Positions 37,162-46,682 of a DNA stretch of 64,000 bases are shown in pieces. The position numbers and the translations under genes are program-made. The stretch is from the IMG/VR virus record IMGVR_UViG_3300043464_001630, positions 62,001-126,000 of that record; one strand, 5' to 3'. Under the pieces are notes generated by a model. That model worked only from the letters and a program-made list of their open reading frames with translations. It was not told where the DNA came from and searched no databases. Positions within the stretch are counted from its first letter, which is position 1. Every line of letters begins with the position of its first letter.

Positions 37162-37563
37162 TTATTTAATTTCGATTACCGCTTTAATGGGTTTCAAGAA
37201 CTTTAAACCAATTAAAACTTTCTCGTCGTTGTCTTTTCTATCGCCTATCGAAAACTTAACATTTTTGTGTGTTTGTTTTTTAATTTCCATGTCAAATTCC
37301 ACGACTGGACGATCTTCGTGTGTTCCTGCTCCTACATTCACTTTTATGGTATCAATTAAAGGCTTCTTGATTGTTTTACCATCAATTGTATCAAATGATA
37401 CCTCATTACCATTTATAGAGATATTGTCTCCGTGTAAAACACAATATCCATCATTGCCGCTATCTACTTTAGCTTTATAATTACCAACACCAAGAATTTT
37501 CACATTTTCTTTCTGTGAAAATTCTTCAGTGTTTTCGTAAAAATATCTGCTAAACGAGATCAT
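37162..37563 (-). CDS. Retropepsin-like aspartic protease (RimK-associated 'ATP-dependent zinc protease' family)
   Basis: KAKVDSGNDG..LH, RPVVEF, F...DR.....VLIG. Confidence 0.8.
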   Translation of the reverse strand: MISFSRYFYENTEEFSQKENVKILGVGNYKAKVDSGNDGYCVLHGDNISINGNEVSFDTIDGKTIKKPLIDTIKVNVGAGTHEDRPVVEFDMEIKKQTHKNVKFSIGDRKDNDEKVLIGLKFLKPIKAVIEIK

Positions 37564-37989
37564 TTAAAATGTACTAGTAGAAGTTGATCCAGTATTTGGC
37601 TTTATCATTCTGCCAAGTTGCATTCCAGCCTTTAGAGTTTCTCTCATCCTAGGATCTGTCTTGGCTTTCTTCAAATTCATGATTTCTAGTTGCTTCTTCT
37701 TTTCTAGCTCATTTGCTGCTTTTTGTTCGTCTGGAGATAAAGGAGCAGGTTGTTGAGTCGGCATAATAGCTTCATCAAAGATGAAAAGCTTCAAGTAATC
37801 GTTAACAACATTATCAAAAGATTCTTTATTTACGGACTTCTTTTTCTTCGTAGCCTTCTTCTTCTTTTTGCTCAAACCAGCTACACTATAAGCAATAGCA
37901 ACTGCTTGTTTTGGTGGCTTGCCCGCTTTGATTTCTGTCTTAATATTTTTTGCAATAGTTTTCTTGGATTTTCCTTTTTTAAGTGGCAT
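37564..37989 (-). CDS. Basic protein with MPLKKGKS...KQAVAIAYSVA module
   Basis: Start moved to 37989 (TAAATA-N5); Lys-rich N-terminal module common in phage genomes. Confidence 0.7.
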   Translation of the reverse strand: MPLKKGKSKKTIAKNIKTEIKAGKPPKQAVAIAYSVAGLSKKKKKATKKKKSVNKESFDNVVNDYLKLFIFDEAIMPTQQPAPLSPDEQKAANELEKKKQLEIMNLKKAKTDPRMRETLKAGMQLGRMIKPNTGSTSTSTF

Positions 37990-37993
37990 AACC

Positions 37994-38434
37994 TTATTTA
38001 GCTTTTTTCCAACTTTGGAAGAAGCTTTCTCCCATAGTTTCTGAAGCAGGTTCGTACAACCCCTTTCCAAGATTAGAATTTATCACCTTTTCCATTTCCG
38101 ATAACTTAGAAGTATAGTCAGCTCCACTCATCGAAGCTTCTTCTAAATTTTTAAGAAATTCTTCTAATTCTGGAGACAAGCGAGTTTTTTCTTTATCTGT
38201 AGAGGCTTCGCGAATAAAAGAAACGATGTTATTAATCATGTCATACACCCTTCTTTGTGATTTTTCAATCATTTCTTGCATCTGCTTCGCCTGATCATCT
38301 TGTTCTGGCAATCCTTCCTCGCCCATTCCCGATTTCTGGGGGGTTTCTGGAGTTTCTGGTACATTTTGACCCTGAGGAGGATTTTCCTGTTCTAGCAAAG
38401 TATAATGAGTTTCTAAAAGGCTTTTAAATTTCAT
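37994..38434 (-). CDS. Hypothetical late protein (N-terminal TLLEQE)
   Basis: 146-aa ORF, TAAATA-N7-ATG. Confidence 0.7.
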   Translation of the reverse strand: MKFKSLLETHYTLLEQENPPQGQNVPETPETPQKSGMGEEGLPEQDDQAKQMQEMIEKSQRRVYDMINNIVSFIREASTDKEKTRLSPELEEFLKNLEEASMSGADYTSKLSEMEKVINSNLGKGLYEPASETMGESFFQSWKKAK

Positions 38435-38440
38435 ATAAAC

Positions 38441-38953
38441 TTATTTATGCAACAAATTTTTTAAACTGAGATCTTCTTCAACTTTTTTGCCAATAAATCT
38501 AAGATTTGAAGTTTTGCAAAATTCTTTTAATTTTTTGTAGTTTATACTTTTTTTGTTCTGCAAGAATTTTTTCAACGAATAAATATTGTTATTATCAATT
38601 ACAAAATTTGTAGAAATTTCAAATAAAGAATAATTAAATATTTTTGTTGACTTTGTAATTATTTTATGTAAAATAGATTTACAATCTTTTTCTGCATATA
38701 AATTATGCAAAGTCTTTAATTCATATTCTGGATTAAAAATTAATATATTATTGTAATCTTCTTTTAAGTGTTTAATTATTTCTTCGTTGAGAAAATGTAA
38801 TATTATTTTACTTAAATCTCTGCTGTTAATTTTTAATTTTAAATTATTATCAAATAAGTAATTACCTATTACTGTTTCTATTTTTTCTTGTAAAAGATAA
38901 TTTAAATTTATTATATTAATATTATATTCTGTTAATATAACGTTTAAGAACAT
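38441..38953 (-). CDS. Hypothetical protein
   Basis: 170-aa extremely AT-rich ORF. Confidence 0.55.
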   Translation of the reverse strand: MFLNVILTEYNINIINLNYLLQEKIETVIGNYLFDNNLKLKINSRDLSKIILHFLNEEIIKHLKEDYNNILIFNPEYELKTLHNLYAEKDCKSILHKIITKSTKIFNYSLFEISTNFVIDNNNIYSLKKFLQNKKSINYKKLKEFCKTSNLRFIGKKVEEDLSLKNLLHK

Positions 38954-39051
38954 TTTATTTATCTTAACTTAAAAAAATTAATTGTCAAGTAAAAATTTTA
39001 AAGAAAAATGAAAAAAGTTGAAAAAACTTAATTATTGGTAAATAAAATTTA

Positions 39052-39477
39052 ATGGAATGGGAAAATATACCCGAAGACGTTAATAATTGGTTTGGTTTTG
39101 TATATTGCATCGAAAGATTGAATGCAAAAGAAGGAGAGAAACGTTATTATTGGGGATGTAAACAATTTATACGAAATTCTAAATTACCGCCATTAAAAGG
39201 TAAAACTCGCAAAAGAAAAGTAGTAAAAGAATCTGACTGGAGAAATTACTACGGAAGTAGCGAAGAGCTAAAAAAAGATGTAGCAGAACACGGAAAAGAA
39301 AATTTTAAACGTACAATTTTAAAATTATGTACTTGTAAATGGCAATTAAAGTACGAAGAGTTGAAGACGCAATTAGAGAATGATGTACTGCTAAGAAGAG
39401 ACTCGTACAACGGCATTATCCATGCTCGTATAAACTTCTGTCCCAAGAGTTTACACGAACACTACAATATATTATAG
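39052..39477 (+). CDS. Short GIY-YIG-like nuclease
   Basis: FGFVYCI...YYWGCKQF...ESDW.NYYGSS..L..D......NFKR.IL..C.....L.Y.E. Confidence 0.8.
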   Translation: MEWENIPEDVNNWFGFVYCIERLNAKEGEKRYYWGCKQFIRNSKLPPLKGKTRKRKVVKESDWRNYYGSSEELKKDVAEHGKENFKRTILKLCTCKWQLKYEELKTQLENDVLLRRDSYNGIIHARINFCPKSLHEHYNIL

Positions 39478-39648
39478 TGTATTTTTTAATTTTCTTTTTT
39501 GATATTTTTTCTTTTTCCCGAGAATTACAGGAATTCTGTTATCTCCAGCGGCATATTCTTTGTTTTGATCTGGATTTAAGATACTTCCTGCTCCTCCAGC
39601 AGTCATTGTTTCTAACAATTTTTGATATAATTCATCAAATCTCTTCAT
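39472..39648 (-). CDS. Small late protein (N-terminal KLLETM)
   Basis: 58 aa from ATG 39648, TAAATA-N5. Confidence 0.6.
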   Translation of the reverse strand: MKRFDELYQKLLETMTAGGAGSILNPDQNKEYAAGDNRIPVILGKKKKYQKRKLKNTL

Positions 39649-39685
39649 TGCAATATTTAACTCTAATGTTATAATTATAATCAAG

Positions 39686-40081
39686 ATGAGTCTTTACGAT
39701 AGATATAAAAAAGAAATCGCAGAAGAAGTTAAAATTGATGCTTTTAACATCAAAGATGTAGCAATGTTAGCTCCTTCTAAGAAGCATTTCTGGGCAGCGA
39801 GATTAAATGATCACAGAATTGAAATTCAAGATTTAAAATCTAAAAAAGCAAAAATTATCCGAGCTTTGGTAGAAAAGGCAGATCAAAACTCTCCAGTAAA
39901 GCTATCTAAAGTGAATCTAGAAAAAATGGTAGAAGATATGCCAGAGATTCAAGAATTAGACTCAAAAATTAAAGAACAAGAACATTTAATAGCATATCTC
40001 GAAGATGAACGTTGGACATTCTCAAAGCTCACAGAAGACATCAAGAATGTGATTGAAATCATGAAACTCGAACAACTATAA
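39686..40081 (+). CDS. uvsY: Recombination mediator
   Basis: EEVKID...KDVAM.APSKKHFW, coiled coil, IKN.IE..KL C-terminus; upstream of uvsW. Confidence 0.8.
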   Translation: MSLYDRYKKEIAEEVKIDAFNIKDVAMLAPSKKHFWAARLNDHRIEIQDLKSKKAKIIRALVEKADQNSPVKLSKVNLEKMVEDMPEIQELDSKIKEQEHLIAYLEDERWTFSKLTEDIKNVIEIMKLEQL

Positions 40082-41517
40082 TGTTAAAGGTAGATTTCGA
40101 TACTAAAAAAGGAAAGGGAATTATTTTTGGAGATCGTCTTCCAGAAATAAGAGAGTATTTTTCTGTTGAAAATCCAGCATCGAAGTTCAATCGTTCTTTT
40201 TTTGTACCGAAACGGTTATATTGCATTGCTCCCAACGGATACTTCGACATTGGTCTTTCGCATGAAATAGATCTTTTCTTGGAAAAGAGAGGATACAAAG
40301 ACAGAATAGAATACACAGAAGAAGCAAAAAAAGAATTATTCCCAAAATTAGATAAAAAGCTAATACAAAGATTAGCATTAGATCTCAGAGACTATCAAGT
40401 CGATGCAGTTAACAAATGCATGGAAAATGGAAGAGGTATTGCAGTAATGGGAACTGGAGCTGGCAAAACTCTGACCATAGCTACTTTAATAGAAAATTTC
40501 TATCTTTATTCCGAAGAACTTAAAAAGTTCAAGTGTTTGGTTATTGTTCCTGATTTAGGTTTGGTAAATCAGACATATACCGACTTTGTGTCTTATAAAT
40601 CCAGCTTCACATGTTCTAGGTGGACTGGAAGTATCAAGCCAGACTTTTCTTGTAATGTCATTATAGCAAATATTGACATTATCCGAAGCAAATTCGAACA
40701 AAATCAGTGGCTCACTGATGTCGATCTTTTAATTGTTGACGAAGCTCATAAATTCGGCAAAGGAAACAAATCTTCTAAATTAATAGAAAAAATCAAAACT
40801 CCGAATAAGTTTGGATTTACGGGAACCTTACCAGACGATAATTTAGACAGATGGAATGTAATCGGAAAGCTTGGAAGAGTATTGATAGAAAAAAATTCAC
40901 ACGAATTGCGAGAAGAAAAGTTTCTCACAACTGTTCATGTGAATATGATAAAGCTTTCTTATAACGACGTTCCTGCCAGAATTATTAATTCAGGAAATCC
41001 TACGGACGATTATTATAACGAACTAATATTCATATCAAACAATCCTTTCAGAAACAAAGTTATTCAAACAACCTGTAATAACTTTAATAATAACATACTG
41101 ATATTAATCAATAACATTGATCATGGTCAGCATTTGTATGATTTGTTCTCTCAGAATTTAAAGAACAAACAGGTATTCTTTATTAAAGGAGACGTAGCAG
41201 TAGACGACCGAGACAAGGTTAAACAGATCATGGAGTCTACAAACAACGTAGTGTGTATCGCAGTGAGTGCTATTTTTTCCACTGGTGTTAACATCAAGAA
41301 TATTCATATGATTATTTTCGCCGCTGGTGGAAAGAGCTTTATCCGAACTGTACAAAGTATCGGTCGCGGACTTCGCTTAAATGATAACAAAGAAGAATTA
41401 AAAATTATAGATATATCTGATAATCTTCAATACGGAAAAGAGCATTCTTCTAAACGCAAAGAAATATACAATAACGAAAAAATATCATATAGCGAACATA
41501 TTATAAAAGAAAAGTAG
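40081..41517 (+). CDS. uvsW: SF2 DNA helicase
   Basis: LRDYQ, GTGAGKT, VDEAH, FGFTGT, FSTGVNIKNIH, TVQSIGRGLR. Confidence 0.96.
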   Translation: MLKVDFDTKKGKGIIFGDRLPEIREYFSVENPASKFNRSFFVPKRLYCIAPNGYFDIGLSHEIDLFLEKRGYKDRIEYTEEAKKELFPKLDKKLIQRLALDLRDYQVDAVNKCMENGRGIAVMGTGAGKTLTIATLIENFYLYSEELKKFKCLVIVPDLGLVNQTYTDFVSYKSSFTCSRWTGSIKPDFSCNVIIANIDIIRSKFEQNQWLTDVDLLIVDEAHKFGKGNKSSKLIEKIKTPNKFGFTGTLPDDNLDRWNVIGKLGRVLIEKNSHELREEKFLTTVHVNMIKLSYNDVPARIINSGNPTDDYYNELIFISNNPFRNKVIQTTCNNFNNNILILINNIDHGQHLYDLFSQNLKNKQVFFIKGDVAVDDRDKVKQIMESTNNVVCIAVSAIFSTGVNIKNIHMIIFAAGGKSFIRTVQSIGRGLRLNDNKEELKIIDISDNLQYGKEHSSKRKEIYNNEKISYSEHIIKEK

Positions 41518-41545
41518 TTGAATTATTATGGTTTTGAGGTATAAT
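41518..41545 (+). promoter_or_regulatory. sigma70-type promoter of gp55
   Basis: TTGAAT-N16-TATAAT, 9 nt before ATG 41555. Confidence 0.75.
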
Positions 41546-41554
41546 GCTTATTAT

Positions 41555-43030
41555 ATGGAAATACCACTGGATTTATCAAATTCTCCTAAAAAGTTAAAAG
41601 AACAATTTTATGTAGATCCTGAAAAATTTAAAAAAGCTATTAAGGAATATTATGTAGATGGTGAATGTACGGAATATCTTGGGGGTTGTTTGAATAAAAT
41701 TGCTGAAGGATTAGGTTATAATCCTAAGTTCATAAATTATTGTGTTGACGAAGAAACAGAAGCGTTAACTAAACGCGGATGGTTAAAATACGATCAAATA
41801 ACCCTAAATGATAAGATTTTATCTTATGATGTTAATACTAAAAACTTAGTATGGAGTAATATTATAGATGTGTTTGTGGGTCATCATAATGATTTGATGT
41901 TTAAATTGACTAATATCGGACTTGATGCATTGGTTACCCCCAATCATAAATTTGTAAGTTTGAAAGATGGTATCAAGCCAATCGAAGAATTCCGAACTGA
42001 TGATCATTTAGTTTTGATGGGATCTCATGTTTCTGATGAAAATCAAACGGAAAAATACTCAAATGAATTTGTTCAATTAGTAGGATGGGCTGTTACCGAA
42101 GGAAATTACTTATTAGGTAAACGAACCAACTCTGTTCAGATCTTCCAAAAAGAAGGAGAAAAGGCAGATAGGATCAGAAAAATTCTAAGCGTTCTAAACG
42201 AAGATTACAAGGAATATAACTGGACAAATCCAGAAATTAAGTGCTTCCGCCTTAAGGGTAATACCGCCAATCAAATTGTTGAGAAAGCCGCCAATAAGAT
42301 TGTTAGTATGGATTTCATTCTGGATTTAACACAAAATCAAAGAATGCTTTTGATAGAAACGATGATATCAGGAGATGGCTGGCGCAGAAATAGTATCGAA
42401 AATAAAACAAATTGGTCATATTCCCAGCAAAATAAAGAACACGTAGATAATTTTATTGCTTTATGTACTATAGCTGGATTAAGTACTTCTACACATTTTA
42501 ATACCAAACTGAGAGGTTTTACCAAAAAGCCTTATTATATTGTAAATATCTTTCTTGAGCCTAAGAAGACTTGTTTTTTCGAAAATGTTAACATGTATGG
42601 AGGAAGAGCGAAAGCTGGAGGAAATCGACGAAATGGTAATATTATTCCGAATACGCCAACTGTTCCTTACGATGGAGCTATTTGGTGTCCTCAAACTGAA
42701 TACGGAACATTTGTTTGCAGAAGAGGAAAGTACGTATATATTACTGGAAATTCTTACAAGGAAGATATGATTGGAGATGCACTCATTAAGATGTTCAGTG
42801 CATTAAAGCGTAAGAAGTTTAACGTTGACTCTGAAACTTCGCCATTTGGCTATTTTACTACAATAGCATTCCATGCATTTATTAATAGAATCAAGAAAGA
42901 AAAGAAGCACCACGATACTTTGGTAGAGTATCGACAAAGAAAGTACGAAGAAGAATTGTCTTCTTCTGAAGGGCATATTTACGTAAAGCCTATCTTGGAT
43001 TCTACAGAAGAAGAATTAGTTTTGGAATAA
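41555..43030 (+). CDS. gp55: Late-transcription sigma factor precursor containing an intein (about 154 aa after splicing)
   Basis: YLGGCLNKIAEGLGYNPKFINY|...|SYKEDMIGDAL...SPFGYFTTIAFHAFINRIKKEKK reconstitutes the T4-like gp55 pattern; upstream of gp47/gp46 as in T4. Confidence 0.93.
   Translation: MEIPLDLSNSPKKLKEQFYVDPEKFKKAIKEYYVDGECTEYLGGCLNKIAEGLGYNPKFINYCVDEETEALTKRGWLKYDQITLNDKILSYDVNTKNLVWSNIIDVFVGHHNDLMFKLTNIGLDALVTPNHKFVSLKDGIKPIEEFRTDDHLVLMGSHVSDENQTEKYSNEFVQLVGWAVTEGNYLLGKRTNSVQIFQKEGEKADRIRKILSVLNEDYKEYNWTNPEIKCFRLKGNTANQIVEKAANKIVSMDFILDLTQNQRMLLIETMISGDGWRRNSIENKTNWSYSQQNKEHVDNFIALCTIAGLSTSTHFNTKLRGFTKKPYYIVNIFLEPKKTCFFENVNMYGGRAKAGGNRRNGNIIPNTPTVPYDGAIWCPQTEYGTFVCRRGKYVYITGNSYKEDMIGDALIKMFSALKRKKFNVDSETSPFGYFTTIAFHAFINRIKKEKKHHDTLVEYRQRKYEEELSSSEGHIYVKPILDSTEEELVLE
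41741..42751 (+). mobile_element. 337-aa intein with LAGLIDADG homing endonuclease
   Basis: CVDEETEALTKRGW (block A), LVTPNHKF (B), LVGWAVTEG (C), IETMISGDG (E), IWCPQTEYGTFV...YITGN|S (F/G). Confidence 0.93.
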
Positions 43031-43764
43031 TGAAAAGATTGGGATTTACATTTAAAGAATTGTACGAATCTATAATAGAAGATAATATTTTATTAGAAGG
43101 TTTACAATACACACATTATTCTAATGTAACTTTAACGCATATTATACAAGAATTCGGAAACATACTTTTGGGTAAGTATTGCAGATCTAGTGCCGATTTA
43201 AAATCTACCAGTCCTAAAGAATTTATAGATTTGGTTCATTTAGTACCTTTGGCAGATAATGAAGAATTGAGGAAAAGAATGAAATTTTTTGGTTATCATT
43301 ATTCCATAACCAAACTCATTTCTCCCGAAGAAATGGAATTTTTTAAATTTCCTAGCAAATATAAAAATGTATACGTTTCTACATTTGAGGGAACATATCC
43401 TACTTTAGTAGAAAGAAATAATTTGCCAAGAATTTTATATCATGTTACTTTAAGAAAAAATGCAGAAGAAATAAAAAAACGCGGATTGCTTACCAAAGCC
43501 TCAAAGACTTCGTTTGATCATCCTTCTAATAGAATATATTTATTTGCTACTGTAAATCCTTCTTCTGACTTACCTAAGTTAATTCGAATTTTGGCAAAAA
43601 ACAAAAAAGAAGTCACAAGCGAATACGTAATATTGAAGATTGTGGATTATTATCCAACAGGAGAAAAGTTTTTTCTAGATCCTTCTATGGATATAGGAGA
43701 TGTTTCGAACACTTGTCGAGGAATTTTTGTACACAGAGCAATCCATCCGAAATTTATTGACTAA
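43030..43764 (+). CDS. Putative ADP-ribosyltransferase-fold (Tpt1/KptA-like) protein
   Basis: LYHVT..N.E.IKK.GL...RIYLF...YVILKI...F.DP...I.P.FI; N-terminal ILLEG. Confidence 0.6.
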   Translation: MKRLGFTFKELYESIIEDNILLEGLQYTHYSNVTLTHIIQEFGNILLGKYCRSSADLKSTSPKEFIDLVHLVPLADNEELRKRMKFFGYHYSITKLISPEEMEFFKFPSKYKNVYVSTFEGTYPTLVERNNLPRILYHVTLRKNAEEIKKRGLLTKASKTSFDHPSNRIYLFATVNPSSDLPKLIRILAKNKKEVTSEYVILKIVDYYPTGEKFFLDPSMDIGDVSNTCRGIFVHRAIHPKFID

Positions 43765-43784
43765 GCAGACAGTTCAGGTATCAT
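43757..43784 (+). promoter_or_regulatory. sigma70-type promoter of gp47
   Basis: TTGACT-N16-TATCAT, 6 nt before ATG 43791. Confidence 0.75.
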
Positions 43785-43790
43785 CCAATA

Positions 43791-44837
43791 ATGGGATTAT
43801 TTAGGAATTCTAAAATAGCTATCTTCTCTGATATTCATATTGGGGTTCATCAAGATTCAAAATTTTGGCACGACATTTCTTCTGATTGGGCGAAATGGTA
43901 TATCTCTGATTTAAAGAGTAAGGGAATCACAGACATTGTTTTTTGTGGTGATTATTTCCACACAAGAGACGAAGTTAATGTAGACACATTACACTTTGGA
44001 ACTAAACTGTTAGAATACTTCTCTGATTTCAACATGGTGATGTTAGTGGGAAATCATGATTGCTATCTTAAAGACAGTTCTGAAGTAAATTCAATCGCTC
44101 AGTATAAAAACTGGCCGAATATAAAGATTGTAGACTCTACTCTTTCAGTTAAAGAATACGGAAAAACTTTAAATTTCATTCCTTGGGGAATTAAATTAGA
44201 AGACATTCCAAAGGCAGATGTAACATTCGGTCATTTTGAAATTCAATTGTTCAGAATGAACACATTCGCATTGTGTGATGACGGATTCTTGGCTGAAGAA
44301 ATTCTAGAGAAAAGCCCATTAATTTTCTCTGGGCATTTTCATTTAAAAGATGAAAAAGAATACGGAAATGGAAAGATCGTGTACGTAGGAAATCCATTTC
44401 AGATGGATTTTAACGATGCAGGAACAGAAAAAGGTTACTACACTTTTGATATAGAAACTGGTGAACTAGATTTTACAAAAAATACAGTATCGCCAAAGCA
44501 CTACAATTTTAAGCTATCTGAGTTAATTTCTCAGAAAACAATTACAGAATCTATTAAAGAAAAGTTTTTAAATAATTTTGTTAAGTTAAAAATTGATCGT
44601 AGAATTACTCCAGAAGATACGGAATTTTTATTGACAGTATTTAAGTCTTTAAATCCGTCGCAGCTTAATGTAGAATACGAGTCTAATGTATCAGATTATG
44701 ATCTTGAAGAAGAAAAGAGAGACTTTTCTGGAATTGATGTACAACAAGCTATCATTGAATTTATTGACATGTTAGACACTAACAATAAAAAAGATCTTAT
44801 TCAGTATACAATCGAACTTTACCAAAAAAGCATCTAA
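43791..44837 (+). CDS. gp47: Recombination endonuclease (Mre11/SbcD-like)
   Basis: SDIHIG, GDYFH, LVGNHD, GHFE, FSGHFH, YVGNP. Confidence 0.95.
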   Translation: MGLFRNSKIAIFSDIHIGVHQDSKFWHDISSDWAKWYISDLKSKGITDIVFCGDYFHTRDEVNVDTLHFGTKLLEYFSDFNMVMLVGNHDCYLKDSSEVNSIAQYKNWPNIKIVDSTLSVKEYGKTLNFIPWGIKLEDIPKADVTFGHFEIQLFRMNTFALCDDGFLAEEILEKSPLIFSGHFHLKDEKEYGNGKIVYVGNPFQMDFNDAGTEKGYYTFDIETGELDFTKNTVSPKHYNFKLSELISQKTITESIKEKFLNNFVKLKIDRRITPEDTEFLLTVFKSLNPSQLNVEYESNVSDYDLEEEKRDFSGIDVQQAIIEFIDMLDTNNKKDLIQYTIELYQKSI

Positions 44838-46645
44838 TGAAACGAGTAAATTTTAAGAAAATTAGTATCAGTAACTTTCTCTCATTTGGAGAAGAACCAG
44901 TTGTTCTGGAGTTTAAAAAAGGTTTACATATTGTTACTGGAGTAAATCGCGACAAGTCGGATAGACAAAATGGAATTGGTAAATCCGCGATGATAGAATC
45001 GTTGTATTTTGCTATTTTTGGAATGACTATCAGAGATTTGAAGAAAGATCTGATTCCTAATTCATTCACTAGTGGAGCATGTCAGGTGATATTAGATTTT
45101 GATGTAATTTCTGAAAATTCACAAGATTCTTACAAGATTCACAGAACACTGAATCCTTCTAAGTTACATTTTTATAAGAACGGAGAAGATGTTACCAGAG
45201 ACAGTATCAAAAATACTGAGTCTGTGATTCATTCTATTCTTAATGCTACTCCAAGTATTTTTGAAAATTGTGTTATCATGACACTCAATAACACAACTCC
45301 ATTCATGGCGAAATCTAAAGTAGATAAGCGCAAGTTTATCGAAGGAATTTTTAATTTAGATGTCTTCAGCCGAATGCTCACAAATGCCAGAGATTCTTAT
45401 AATGATAAGAAGCGAGAATACGAAATTGAACTGAACAACATGGAGAATGCCGATAAGAATTTGTCTTCTTTAGTTCTCCAAAAAGATCGTATCGTTTCAA
45501 ATAGAAAAACTAAAATCACTACTTATGAGAAGAGAAAAGTAGATAACACAGAAGAGAAAAGTAAGCTTAACGAAGAAATTTCTAAGCAAGAAGTCTTAAA
45601 TTTAGAAGAGATTAAGAATAATATTAAATCATTAAAAGATGCAAAGATTTCTTTAGAAGAAAAGATTGAATCTCTCACAGATGAACGTTCTAAAATTCGT
45701 GCATCAGTAAATCATAATACAGCATTATTGCCTAAGATTGGAGTAAGCGGCTCTTCTTGTCCTGTTTGTTTGCGCACCATGAGTGAGCACGACAAAGAAT
45801 ACATCACAGAAGAAAAGACTAAGATCTCAGAACTTATAAAAGAAGATCAGAAGAAAATTTCTGATCTAGATGAAAAGATTGAAAAGGTAAAATCTAACAA
45901 AATTAAGTTAGAAAGTGCTTATGAAAAGTGTACCAAGAAACTGAATCAATATGCACTAAATGAGCAAAAGAAAAAAGGAATTAAAGACAGAATCAAACAA
46001 TTAGATCAATGGTTAATTCAGTTGGACGGAGATATAGCCGAACTAAATTCAGAAAAGACTGAAGTAGATCCATTCATCGGTCAAGCTAAAGATGTTTTAG
46101 AAACACTCAAGGACTCTGTTAATAAGTTCAGATACGAAATGAATCTATTAGATACAGTTAAGTTTATTGTATCTGAAGAAGGTGTTAAATCTTATATCTT
46201 AAAGAAGATTCTTTTATTATTCAATGAAAGAATTCGCCATTATTTATCTAAACTAGATGCAAATTGTATCTGTAACTTTGATGAATATTTTGAAGAACAA
46301 ATTGTAAACAGTAAGAATAAAGTTTCAAGTTACTTTAGTTTCAGTGGTGCTGAGAGAAAGGCAATTGATTTTGCATGTTTGTTTACATTTATGGACATGC
46401 GTAGATTACAAGGAGACGTTACTTATAATATCAGCATCTATGACGAATTATTCGATTCTTGTTTAGACGAACGTGGAATTGATCATATCACTAAAATCAT
46501 TAACGAACGTGTAGAAAAATACGACGAATGTGTTTTAGTAATCTCACATAGAAAAGAAAGTGTAAAAGCCGCAACAGGTGATGTTATTTTTCTAGAGAAA
46601 CGCGACGGTATTACATCTAAGCTAAATTATAATCCATTTGTTTAA
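44837..46645 (+). CDS. gp46: Recombination ATPase (Rad50/SbcC-like)
   Basis: NFLSFG, NGIGKS, CPVC zinc hook, FSGAERK, YDELFDSCLD, ISH. Confidence 0.96.
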   Translation: MKRVNFKKISISNFLSFGEEPVVLEFKKGLHIVTGVNRDKSDRQNGIGKSAMIESLYFAIFGMTIRDLKKDLIPNSFTSGACQVILDFDVISENSQDSYKIHRTLNPSKLHFYKNGEDVTRDSIKNTESVIHSILNATPSIFENCVIMTLNNTTPFMAKSKVDKRKFIEGIFNLDVFSRMLTNARDSYNDKKREYEIELNNMENADKNLSSLVLQKDRIVSNRKTKITTYEKRKVDNTEEKSKLNEEISKQEVLNLEEIKNNIKSLKDAKISLEEKIESLTDERSKIRASVNHNTALLPKIGVSGSSCPVCLRTMSEHDKEYITEEKTKISELIKEDQKKISDLDEKIEKVKSNKIKLESAYEKCTKKLNQYALNEQKKKGIKDRIKQLDQWLIQLDGDIAELNSEKTEVDPFIGQAKDVLETLKDSVNKFRYEMNLLDTVKFIVSEEGVKSYILKKILLLFNERIRHYLSKLDANCICNFDEYFEEQIVNSKNKVSSYFSFSGAERKAIDFACLFTFMDMRRLQGDVTYNISIYDELFDSCLDERGIDHITKIINERVEKYDECVLVISHRKESVKAATGDVIFLEKRDGITSKLNYNPFV

Positions 46646-46682
46646 ACATGGATAGGAGTAATAAAATTCTCTTGAATATTAT

